The position numbers and the translations under genes were made by a program. From Psammoneis japonica (taxonomy: Eukaryota): 64,000 nucleotides of DNA. Shown one piece after another: positions 51,889 to 63,584 of the stretch (its first letter is position 1; every line of letters begins with the position of its first letter). The stretch is from NCBI GenBank assembly GCA_008632985.1, contig QPGO01000179.1:1-64000 (forward strand), in the 5' to 3' direction. The notes beneath the pieces were generated by a model. That model was not told the origin of the DNA and made no database searches. It worked only from the letters and a program-made list of their open reading frames with translations.

Positions 51889-54800
51889 CTATAACTTTTG
51901 TAAACAGTAGTCTTGCCACATTCTTTTCAAATCCCTTTTGTCAGTAGGGATGGACAAAATCCGGCATCCTCCTCGAAAGAACAGCACACCGAGCAACGTA
52001 TTCACTGCTCTTGAGTTTTTGCCATGACCAGTGGTAGTGCATGTGTACAACACCACAAAATCTCTACCCAAAACATTCATTCTTGAAGCTGGTAGAAGGT
52101 CAACAGCCCATTTTGGGTCCGTCTTGATCCCCGACGGAGTCTTAGTTTCCGGCGTGTGATACAAGATAGCTTTCAGAAGAACAGCGGCTTCGGCTTGTGC
52201 ACGTGTCCGGTAGAACGCGACATCTCTTTCATGTGCCACCAGTCCTTCCAATGGCAAGACGCAATCGTTGTAGTTCCTCCGCAAAAGCACTTGTTTCGCT
52301 GAATTAACGGTGGCAGTAAAAATTGGATCCCGACCAAATTGTTCATTGGTTGTGCAATGGACCAATTGACGTTTCCCTCTTTTCCTTTTCCGAGAAGCCA
52401 CTGCACCAAGACTCGTCATAGCCAGTTTCGCCAGTTCTATCATTCTATATGTGCCGTCTGATCGGTTAGCTCCAAACATGCTTTCCAAGTCAGGACGTGT
52501 CGAGTTCCGAGTGACGCTTCTTCTGCTAAGAGTCAGCGTTAACTTAAGATCTTTGTTGACACTGGTGTAGCAAGGTTGATCATCCTCTTCACATTTGCTG
52601 ACATCGAAGTCAAGCTCAGAATCTTTGTCCACCTTTGCCCGAAGAGATGCTTCCCAAGCGTAATTTCTTCCTATGCCAGAGTGACTGTTCTTGTTGAACT
52701 TGGCCCTCTTCTTCTTTCGAGTCTCGTTCTTCTTGCGGTCTTCTGGGAGCACAGACGTTTCGGAAGTTTTCACTTCTACCGGCTTCAAGGATGCAAACTT
52801 CCCAAGCACCCAAGGACAATCCATTTCAATTCTATTGTTGATCTTGTATTGGGGAAGTTTCATTGGCTCACGCACCAGATCATGCTCCTCTCCTTCATCC
52901 GAATGGTACTTCTTGAACGATTCTATCCTAACTCCGTTTTCAATTTCAAAGATAGATTGATCGTGGTGAACAGTGTCTGGCCTGTAGCAATGGCCATTCT
53001 TTTGAATCCGTTGAGACATGCCACTCTTGACAAGCTCAGACGTCACACAGTCCGCATTTTCACCCAAAGTTCTGAGTTTTTCACAAGGAACATTCTCGGC
53101 CACAGCTGCACTTGTGCCAGTGAGTTGGGCAAACTTCTTATAACACTCATTCACCACAGGAGTTCTAATGCCAAACGTCTCGTTGATGACCTTGTATGTG
53201 CGTGTGGAAGGACACACTCGAGCTTGCTCCACCAATGTCGCATCCTCGTACATGGCCACTATGCTGCCGACTGCAACCAAAGTCTGTGCTCCAATGTCCG
53301 CCACACCAACGACATTTTGAATTGGAACGCCATTCTTCTTGTCGCAGTGAGTGAGAAGCTTGAGCACTCCGTCGTAATCTAACTCTCCAGCATCAGACTT
53401 GCGAATGGATTGAAGAAGATTAAACAGTGAACGATAAATCCCCACATTTGTAGTGGAGCAGGTGAATGCCGGCTGCAAGCGACTGCCGTCGCCACGCAAC
53501 AGCCCACCATAACGACGCACGCATTCATCAATGAACGCCTCTGTGAGATTACACTTGGGAAGACCGTTCTTCGCCCACCCTTTGTACACTTCGTACATCT
53601 GATTAGGGGTGGTCAACCATCCCACTGGTAGAAGCAATTCGCAAGCTCGCTCCTTAGAGACTGGAAAAGACCGCAGCACGCACAGTGTGGCAGAGGCGAA
53701 GGCTGCGTGCCACACTATTTTGTTCATGTTGGGGAAAGGATAGTGGACCCCAATAGAACGTGATGGCAGCAAGAAACGTGCATCGATTTGGCGATACTCT
53801 TCCGGCAAGGAGTGGAAGAAGTCCAACATCTGGCGAAGCAACTCGTCACTGCCAGCTAGACGGATGAAGTACTCGGAGCAGCAACGACGACTGTATCCGA
53901 TTAGACTTATTCGATGCCATTTGCCTAACAGGTAATAAATCAATAATGACGTTAGAGCGTATACATTGCACGAATCAAAAATGAAAGACACGCTATAGTA
54001 ATAACTCACCATCAATGCACACATGAAAGTAGATACACATCAGAGCGTTGTAGTTCTTTTTCCTACAATTCAAGTCGTCTACATGGCAACCAAGCAATAC
54101 AGCCAGTTTTGTAATAGGATCTAACTCATCCGCCGAGGTCATAGCCAATGTAAAGTGCTCAAACAGTTGTGCTTGTTTGCCGTTCTTGTTGATCCGGTTC
54201 AAACCAAATTTGTCGCAAAGTTTGGAGGCAAAGTAATCGTTCCGCCGTTTGTCTGCAGTAAACGGCACTTCGTCCCATCCAGGAGTAGCTTTTACCCAAT
54301 CATAAAGTATGTCAGACATGCAACACATTGTTTCCACGTGCTGTTTCCTAAGCCCTTTAGTGACCTGAGGTTCTGTTACTCCGTCTTCATTCAACCGTGT
54401 GTTTTGTGAAGCATATCCACCGCCTGTAGTGACATTGCCCCTTAGGCGGTCACCAGTATCTTCCGAATGAGACTTCAATATGTCATCAACCAATCCCTTG
54501 ACATCCAACTTGGACAAATGGGGTGCAAAACAATCACGCCAAAAATCACTTTCATGGTCAATGTGCACGAACTCGCCAGGGTCAATGTACGTCCCTTTTA
54601 TTCTATTGATAGGAACACCTTGTTCTTTCGCCAGTTTGTTAAGCTTCCCACGATCAGAACGGGGATTTTGGCAATGCGGTTTACTGTGTCCGTCCCATAA
54701 CATATAAGCTCCAGCTTCCGACACCTCTAATCTGTTGACAGATTCCGTCTTCCACTTTTTGGAAAGTAATCCATATCTTTTCACGTTCTCAGGTTTGAAC

Positions 54801-54904
54801 TTGAACGGTGCTTTCGGTTTCTCAAATACCAAATCTGGTTGTTGTTCAACTGGCCATCGAGGCCTCGGAGCGTCGCCGTACCATGGAATGCCAGGTATAC
54901 CCAT
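51889..54904 (-). CDS. 976-aa protein, putative TET/JBP-like 2OG-Fe(II) dioxygenase domain plus HhH/aGPT-Pplase-like helical domain; exons 54904-54010 and 53924-51889
   Basis: An 85-nt GT-AG intron joins two long ORFs in frame (2931 nt). Motifs CHVDDLN, RISLIGYSR, VVGVADIGAQ, AENVPCEKLR. The gene model is firm; the domain identity is inferred from motifs only. Confidence 0.6.
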
Positions 54905-54927
54905 TTCTTAAAATCTTTGAAGTTCTG

Positions 54928-55268
54928 CAGTTGTTTCCGACCAACTTCACAACGGATCTCACTCAAAGGCAAGAACTCAGCGTGACTGTAGCCGAAACCA
55001 CCGAAGTAGCAATAAAGCTAGCCCGATGCCCGAGCCAGTAGCTCTTGGGACGACTTTAGAACAAGATGTCAGATTTAGGATACCTCACAACCCAAAAGCA
55101 CGACAGCAGCTAAACCGGTGTCAATAAACAGGTGTGGCTTTACAGTTGTTTCCGACCAGTTTTCACAACGGATCTCACTCAAAGGCAAGAACTCAGCGTG
55201 ACTGTAGTCGCGAACCACCGAAGTAGCAATAAAGCTAGCCCGATGCCCGAGCCAGTAGCTCTTGGGAC
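54928..55268. repeat. near-identical ~125-bp direct duplication (54928-55051, 55143-55268) just upstream of the 976-aa gene
   Basis: CAGTTGTTTCCGACCA...GCCAGTAGCTCTTGGGAC occurs twice, with TA sites intact. Confidence 0.9.
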
Positions 55269-56784
55269 AACATTAAAACAACAAATCGACATCGATCCCG
55301 ATCCAGATAGCTCCAACAATGAGAAAATAATGAGAGTGCCGTTTCGAGTGGCAGGCACAAGGAGTGAAAACATTTTTGCACAACATTTGTCTTGCACTTT
55401 AGAGCACGTTTTTTTTTTTGGTGGGTGGTTAAGTGGCAAACCACACATCACTTTTAAAGGAGGTGCTGCAATAAGTCATTCTCAAGAGGATGTGATCATT
55501 TTTTGTGCGTGACATAAAATGTCATAAGAAGTCATTTGCACGGCTCAAAATGACTTTTAACTCAGACGTTGAGCACCGTTGTGCAGCACCGGCTCGTTGA
55601 AGAACTGGGGCAAAATCCTGTGAAATGGACCAAAAAATCGCATGTCACGCACGGCATCTATTTTAAGTGGTCTCACACACAGCACAGGTGCGGGACAGGG
55701 CATGAAACGAGAGCGAACATTTTGCACAATGCCTCGCCACAACAAACAGCACAAAGACCATCAGCCCAGCGGCACTCAATCTTGATCAAACCCCAATCAT
55801 GCTCACCTTGCAGCAACCAAGGATCCTCTCAGGAACAAACCATGACAGCAACACCACCAACGCAAACCCGCGCCGCCTCAGATTTGTGGCTGCTGTGGCA
55901 AACAAAACCATGGCACCACTGAATGTTGCTCCTGCTTTCAGGATTTAAAAATGGCACAATCAGCCCACCTTCAACCAAGAAGCTCCCTTGTGACCTGAGT
56001 GAAGTCACCTGCTTTCAATGCAAGAAAACAGGCCATCTTCATTCTCAGCGCCCCGAGCTCCAGCAGACAGACAAACAAGCTGCTCTCACTGCCACCACTG
56101 CCAAAACCTGCCGCAACGCTGTCTGGCCTCCCGGCAATGAAGTTGTTTTTTGTGCTGCCTGCGCTGGTCTTGACGACATGTTCTCTTGTGATTCATCCTC
56201 AAAAGACTCTGTTCCACCCCCCAAATCACCTCCTCTGTTGCCCGATGACGACTCCTCATCCAACTCATCTCTCAGCTCAGACCCATCTGATCATTTTTCC
56301 CCTGTCGACTCATAGATCCATGCCCACCCTGACCCCACAGGAGCTGCTTGACAAATCCAACGCCAAATGTGCAGCCAACAACGACCAGTCCATTGACTCT
56401 GACACCACCTGTCCCCCGCCTCTTGCATGTCATGACCGCAACTCCAGCATGGACTCGTCCTCAGCTGCACCAATTCTGTGTCAGCCTGAACTTGCTCCCG
56501 CCGCCATGGCACTGACGCTGCCATTGGACTTGAATGACACGTGATGAGTCATCCGCAATCTCAGAGCTCAGCACCGATGCTCTCAAGCAACCTTCATTCT
56601 CCCTGTCCAATCCAGCTGATCACATTGCAATGTGTCAAGTTGTGCACGTGGCCAACGATGCCACCCGATGCCAACCCCAGCAGCTCCCATGTGATGACAA
56701 CCTCTCTGACATTTGCAGCTGGTTTGTTGGCTCTGGTGCCTCCTCCCATGCCACAACTTTCTTGACAATCCCGTTGACTGTCAT

Positions 56785-57173
56785 GACGGGTTCCAGCCCC
56801 AGGTGGGACTTTTTGTGACATTTGCCCCGCAGAATTCCACGTGTGAGCTCTGCAGTTCATGCTCTGGTCAATGAATGCATTTGTCTTCGACATGAAAAAA
56901 ATGGCCAAGTTTGTGGCACATCTGTCCCTGTTTGCACTCGAAGTTTTGGACAATGCACCTGCCCTGCACCATTCTTAAGACACTCGAGAATGGCGCAGAA
57001 GAAAAAAATGTCAAAAGTTGTTCAATGGACAGCCTGATGACTGCACTGTAAAATCATGCAAAATTTCGCCAAAATCACGTAGAAATGTGCGTGCGCGACA
57101 TGCGACGCGATTCAAAAAACTGTCGATGTCACAGTTCAGCAGTGCAAGGTCCCACCCAGACCTGGAGCGCGTC
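56785..57173 (+). mobile_element. 389-bp MITE (family X) inserted in the copia protease, TSD TCAT
   Basis: TCAT-GACGGGTTCCAG...CTGGAGCGCGTC-TCAT; protease-like sequence resumes after it. Confidence 0.85.
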
Positions 57174-57273
57174 TCATGCCCCTGTTGTGATCACGGATGG
57201 TGTGCTGCCATCCATGCCACAAAAGTTGGCTCCGTCACCCTGAATTTCCAGGATGATCAAGGATGCTCTGTCA

Positions 57274-57490
57274 GACATGCTCCAGCTCCAGGTGGGGCCT
57301 TGCACTTCTGAACTGTGACATCAACAGTTTTTTGGATCATGTTGCATGTCCCGTGCGTGCATTTCTGCGTGTGACATCCATTCTGCAAAATTGTTTCACA
57401 CTCCCTGTTTTGCGAAGCCAAAGGCTTTCCATTTCCAACATTTGCGAGAACGAAAATGCAACGGGTGAGCTCTTCAATGTCTGTGGAATG
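57274..57490 (-). mobile_element. truncated MITE (family X variant, like 34344-34741)
   Basis: GACATGCTCCAGCTCCAGGTGGGG end; the interior matches the reverse complement of 34520-34740. Confidence 0.7.
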
Positions 57491-60189
57491 CAGACATTGA
57501 TGAAGGCATGAACAATCCACCCCAGGACCAGATGCCTGCAAATGTCATCTGTTTGCAATGAACACAGAATGGCAAACCCCTCTCTGCAGAGACTCAAGAG
57601 TCCACGGCCGATCAACTCCATTTTTTGCCAACCCATTTGCCAATGTTGTGTCATGTTGCATGGCACAATCTCCCTCTGATGAGATGTTTGGCATGAAGGT
57701 GACCACTGATGCGCTGCTCAATTGGGCGTGTGTTTTGGGAATCACAAGCGAAAGTTCTGCCTTGCTCCTTTTTTCATCTTCAAAGGCTGCTCTGAACAAG
57801 ATCATGGGAGTGTGTGTTGCATCAATTGATGGCGTGGATGTTTTCACAAGTGACCAAGTCATTGCTGAACTCCGTTGCCTTCATGATGCCAACAACCCAG
57901 ATTTCAAGATTGGCTTTGCACCTGAACACCACCTGGACTCAAAGCAACTCCAACGGGCTCTTGTGGAGCATGACATTTTTGACATTCTGACAGAGGATGA
58001 GGGGCACGTCCCTGATCTCACCTTGGCCAACGTGCACTTGATTGCTGTGTTGCCTTTCCCTGACATTGATTTTTTGGTGATTGATGATGTGGGTGCTCCT
58101 CTCACACCGTTGACTGACCATGATGTGGGTGCTTTCAACCTCTTTGCTGTTTTTTCTCATGCTGTCACCCCTGAAGAACAGGCTCCAGACAGGCACACTT
58201 GCCAACATCTTCAGAAACTTCTGACTTGGCCCCTCTGGCATGATGGTGAATTCAAACAACTCAATCACTTCAACTCGCTTGGCATGTTTGGCACTCCAAT
58301 GCCTTGCCCACAAGGTGCCATTGTGCTGTGCCCTTGCTGGCAATGCAACGTCATGACAGATGGCACAAAGCCAGCCCCACTGCTGCTGTGATGGGTCCCC
58401 TCAAGCAGCCCCTGCGTTGCACTGTTTGCAGCCCACCCATTTGTCATGTGTGGAACAACCCATCCAACATCTCTTTTTTGCTTTTTTGGCCACCATGGGC
58501 TGCCAGGCAGGTTCTGGCAATGCTCAGGATGCTTGTGCTCACTCCTGCCTCCATCTGCTCCAGCACATGTCCAGATTGATGATGCCTGCGCTGCATGGCA
58601 TTTGGGTCATTTGGCATTGCTCTGGATCATTCCGCGGTCCTGCCCATCTTGTGCACATTGCAGGGGAACCCTGTGTCTGGCATTTTTTGGGAAGATCATG
58701 TCAATTCCATCCTGGCAGATCCCAAGTTGCTGTTTTGGAACACCGCCCACAACAAGTGCATCCACTCTGGCACGTGCAATGGAAAACGGGTCTGCCTGTT
58801 GCACCAAGTTGACAATTTTGCAATTGCCTGCCCCTCTGAGCCACATGCCATCAAGATTTTTGATGCTGTTGGAAAAGCTCTCCAACTCCCTGGTGAGGAC
58901 TCCATTCCTTTCAAATGTTCGGGCCTTTGCACACAGAATTCAATGGTGCGGACATGCACCAATGCAATGACTTGGCATCCATTGCCTGCAACAACTGCAT
59001 TGGACGCACGCTGCTTTCCCATGGATGGTTGCACCTGGCTGCGAATGAATCTGACTTCAATTTTGTGGTTGCCCCTGTTCCTGTTGACTCCATTTCCCAA
59101 TTGTGCTTGGATGTTGGTCCCAAGGAAGGTGCACCTGAGTTTGCTGAGCTGGCGGAAGCCCAAGGTTTTGGGTGTCAGAATCTCCTTGGCAAGCTGGTGC
59201 ATGCTTGCATCATTTGTTGCCTTGGCATCAGCCATGCTGTCACCAACCTCTCTAAGTTTGCATTGCATCTGGCACCTGTTCATTGACAAGCCTTGAAAGG
59301 TGTTGCCAAGTGTCTTCAGCACACAAAACACTGGGGCATCAGCTGTTGCAAGCCCTCCAAGGACAACACTTTGCCACCCTTTCCATTTGAATGGCTTGAA
59401 GCAGACTCCTCCCTGCCCCCCTTTCCTGTTTTGGATTTTTTGACTCAATTGCAGGATTTTTTGGATGCAGCTCATGGGAATGATCTCTGCGATTGTCGCT
59501 CCACTGTGGGACATGCTTGTGTGTTGGCTGGTGCCGCCATTGCGTGCTGCTGCAGAACACAGACGGTGACCGCCACCAGCTTGAGGGAGACGGAATTTCA
59601 GGCTGATGCCGGCACACTGCAAAGTTGGTTTTGTGCCTCCATTCAGTCCTGCGTGAGCTTGGATTCCCTCAAGACTCCCCAACCCCGTTGCATGTTCTTG
59701 ACAATGAATTGGCTGTCAAGATTGTCAACCACTGCATCCCGGCTGAACGCAATCACCACATTGACATCCAGTGGTTTGCTCTTCAAGACTGGAAAGAGGG
59801 CCGGTCATGTTGTCACATGACGTGTCCCTGGCATCATCAACCCAAGCAATGACACTTGCGCTGATCCACTGTTGCTGGCATCTGCCAAGTTGCTCCCTTT
59901 TTTTGTGCTGTCTGACTCTTTTTTCCAGTCATCCGGTTTGCTCCATGTCCCCACTTCTTGTTGAGACTGTCTTCCCTTTCTTTGTGTTTCTTGATCTGCG
60001 TCATGCAAATTCAAGACATGTTGGATCAGGGGAGAGTGCCAGCTTGCCCTGCACAGGACACACAGTCAGACTGTGTGTGGACGACAGTCAGACTCTTTTT
60101 AGAGAGACGAGATGATCTCTCTGAGATTTTCTCTCACTTGTTCTTGCCAGTGTGCGTGTTGTCCACTGTTGCTGGTCTGCAGGGAGCTC

Positions 60190-61340
60190 TTCAGCTTGTT
60201 GCTCTTGCCACAGGTGTTCTGACAATTCCCCCTTGCCCTTGCCATTTTGGGGGATTCCCAAATGGGCAAAACCAAACTGAGTGCTGCAAGATGCATCATG
60301 GTCAGTTCAACAGACATGCAATGCAACCTTGTTGTGCTCAATGTGAGCGACTTTCTTGAAAAGAATTCCCAGATGCTTGAATGCCACAATTCCTGTCCCA
60401 ACACCAACAAAAACCACCAGAACAACTGCGCCATGATGTTCTTCTGGTTTTTGCTCAACAAGCTCCTTGTGTTTCTTGCAAGGGTCCAGCACAGCTTCCT
60501 TGAGCTCCCCGCTCCTCATGAGCCTTTGGCGCTCCCCTCCACACTTGCCTTGATTGCACAAATGTGACTCCACTTGTTTTGCATGTTGTGTGCCTTGCAA
60601 ATTTGCTCTCCCTTCACCCACCCAATGGTCCTGGGAAACTCAGGCAAAAGTGGCTTGCAATGGGACATTCGCTCAGCTGCTTCATCCTCAACAGCTGCTG
60701 TCAATGGATCACACCACTTGCTTTGCTCCTCATCAATTTCTGCTGTTGTTTGTCCTTCTTTTGGAAGAACCCTGTGACAGCACTTTGGGTGGAGAAGGTG
60801 CTGTTCACTTGGTGAGATCCAACAGTCAACCTCACCTTTGGCTGGAGCACCCCACATTTCCGGGTGCTTGACGTGACAACCACACCCAGAGCAGCAGAGT
60901 GGAGGAGGTTGCATTTGAAGCACTGCTTTGTCCCCATCTTCCAAACCACCAAATCCCTTCTCCATGCATTTTGCATGGCTCTGGTCTGTGCAACAAGGCT
61001 CATGGAGCTTGTTGCAGCTGGTGGGGATGACGGTGTGCCATTGTCTGGACCACCCCACATTTGTCAGAACAGTGCGCAAGTTGTCCACAACATGCAGAGT
61101 CTTGAGAGTCTGTTTTAAAGAAGAAGTGTCCAGCTTGACATGCTGCCATGTCACAAGGGAGCTGGTGGCAATGTGCAAGTCACTTGCTGGACACATTTTT
61201 GTTGGGAATGCAATCCAGCGGACATTGCAAGCAAAATCATGTGCTGGAGATGTGCTCCAGCCGCACATGAACCAAACTGTGCACAAAAACAACACTGACT
61301 TGCGATCAAGTTTTTTTTCACCAAAAGCATGGGTTCATGC
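60190..61340 (-). pseudogene. C5-cytosine DNA methyltransferase (DNMT3-like) relic, truncated by copia-3
   Basis: AVVLVVFVGVGTGIVAFKHLGI..KKVAHIEHNKVALHVC resembles motif I-II (VLDLFAGIG.G...LK.LGI.....E.D..A); ERQRLM just upstream resembles the ERERLMG segment. Upstream extent uncertain. Confidence 0.55.
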
Positions 61341-61559
61341 AAATTTGAATGTTTTGCAACACTGACAACACTCATGTCAGTGTTTCAACGTCACTGTTTT
61401 TGTGCAATCTATGTTTTTCATGGCAGCAAATGAGTTGCAACACAACAGGTGATTTTCAGCAAAACTGCTGCATCATTTTGATGTTGACATGAGCAATTTT
61501 TCTGCACTGCCATCTGGTGTGCCTTCTGCCTGCAGACAATGCTCTGCATGCAATGCGTT

Positions 61560-63078
61560 GGGACACATGGCATTTTGTTGCCAAGTGCAACATTCCCCCA
61601 AATGAATTGGACAATTTGTCATGAAAAACGCACTTTGAGACAAATTTCAATCGTTGGTGATGAACAAGACAAAATCATCATTTAATTGGCAATGCCATGT
61701 CTCCTTCACAAACATGCTGCCAACTCATGGGATGAATGACAAAAAATGCTTTTTTGGCAAAGACAAGCACACCAAACAATTTTTTGGCAATTTTGTTGTG
61801 TGCACAACAAATTTTGTCGTGCGTGCAACAAATTTGTCATTCGTCTGACAAACGCTGACAAACGCCAACAAACGCACACCACACAAGAACAAACACCAAC
61901 ACCATGTGACAAATGCAGACACCACACGACAAACACAGACACCATGCGACAAATGCCAACACCATGCAACAAATGCTGACAAAAGCAGACAAATGCAGGA
62001 CAAATGTGTTTCGCCAAACCATGCACGCACTTGCACAGCACACACCTTGGTCCACCAAGGGCCCTTTGGAGCCATGTGCAACAACACCTGCTCCATCCAG
62101 ACGACCGCAGACCGCAACAAACAAAAGGGGCAAGACATGCAATGGCATGTTCGAGTCCATTTTATGATGGCAATTGTTGGTCAATCATGACACAAGTCAG
62201 CGCAGTTGATGCCATTGATTGAATGTCATCTGCATCATAAAAGACAAGGTGAGATGTGGCAGCTCATGTGCAGAACACTTGTGCAACAGATCGGTTGTCA
62301 TGGAAGCACTGTTCTTGTGTCGTTTCATCACAAGCGCGGATCACAAAAGGCAGCAAGAGTGGTGTCTGGGGCAAAAGTGGAGCCTCACATGGCCAACAAA
62401 AATGTGGCAGATTGAATGTTCATGTTGTTTCCTCCCTTTGTTGCATCTCATGTGAAGAGTGCTGCAATCGCATTGTCATGCTTTTGTTGTGTGGTCACAA
62501 ATGCATGCCGCAAGGCATCTGTCGCAAAGGCTGAGGCCACAGCAGAGCCGCACAGCACCAATGTTGACATGGAGAATTCAGTGGAAAAATTCATTCCTCC
62601 TCATTCTTCCAGAAGGGGCCACATTGCGTTGATGTGTCGATGCATCATCATCGTGCACAAGGGACAATGTGTCAGCCAAGACCACAGGCTCACGCCAGTT
62701 GCATGCTGTGGGTGTTCATTTTTGTGAGTCGTGACGTGTCGTGGCATGATGTGTCATGTGGTGTCTTGTCATGTCGTGTCATGTGCGACAAATTTTGTCA
62801 TGTGTGCGACAAATTTTGTTGTTCAAATTTTGTGGCAGAGAAAGTTTTTGCGATGACAAAGATTGCCAAATTTTGTCAAATGCAGCACTCAGTGAAAGGA
62901 CATCACCAAAGCACATGTTGTGCATGAATGACATCAAACATTTTGTCGCTGAATTTTACAATGTTTTTGTTGCATTTGTCGCAAACAATTTCAGTTTGTC
63001 ACAATTGCATCTTTTCAAGACAAAACATTGATCCATTTGAGAAAATGTTGCCAAGTGCGACAAAATGCCATGTGTCCC
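61560..63078 (-). mobile_element. non-autonomous TIR element (family Z) copy 2, no nested MITEs
   Basis: GGGACACATGGCATTTTGTTGC / GCGACAAAATGCCATGTGTCCC; reverse-complement homolog of 33508-35713. Confidence 0.8.
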
Positions 63079-63192
63079 TGATGCACAATCAGGGTGCACA
63101 ATCAGCGCTGAGTTGGCTGAGGGAGCTCATGACGACACACGTCCCATGAGGACTTGCATGCCAACAAAAAAACCAATTGAATGTTCACACTT

Positions 63193-63584
63193 GATGCACT
63201 CCAGGTCCAGGTGGGACCTGGCACTGCTGAGCTGTGACCTCAACAGTTTTTTGAATCGTGCTGCATGTTGCGCATGTGGATTTCTACGTGACTTTGGCAA
63301 CGTTTTGCTTCATTTTGTGGCACACTTGTCGAGCAATCTGCCCAACAACTTTTGACATTTTTTGTTGCAGCACCACTCTGTGATGTCTCAAGAATTGCAC
63401 GGGGCAGGCAAATTTGCAAAAAGGTCAAGTGGCAAGAGGCACAATTGTGCCACAAACTTGGCCACTCATTTGATGTTGAAGATGAACACATCCATTGATT
63501 AAATTCTTGCACTGTGGAGCTCATGTGCAGAATTCTGTGGGCCCAATGTCACGTGGAGTCCCACCTGCGGGGCTGGAACGTGTC
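63193..63584 (-). mobile_element. ~390-bp MITE (family X), TSD ACTT/ACTC
   Basis: GATGCACTCCAGGTCCAGGTGGGAC ... GTCCCACCTGCGGGGCTGGAACGTGTC. Confidence 0.75.

Larger units (their letters stand above)
55900..60170 (+). mobile_element. Ty1/copia (CoDi-like) retrotransposon relic: gag knuckle, protease, RT, RNase H, PPT and start of 3' LTR
   Basis: CFQCKKTGH; WFVGSGASSH; CCDGS..AAP; SCVEQP; DACAHS; LQG.P.SG..WE; LLHQVDN; DAAHGND...RST.G; AGGGGAGAG followed by TG at 60037. Confidence 0.85.
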
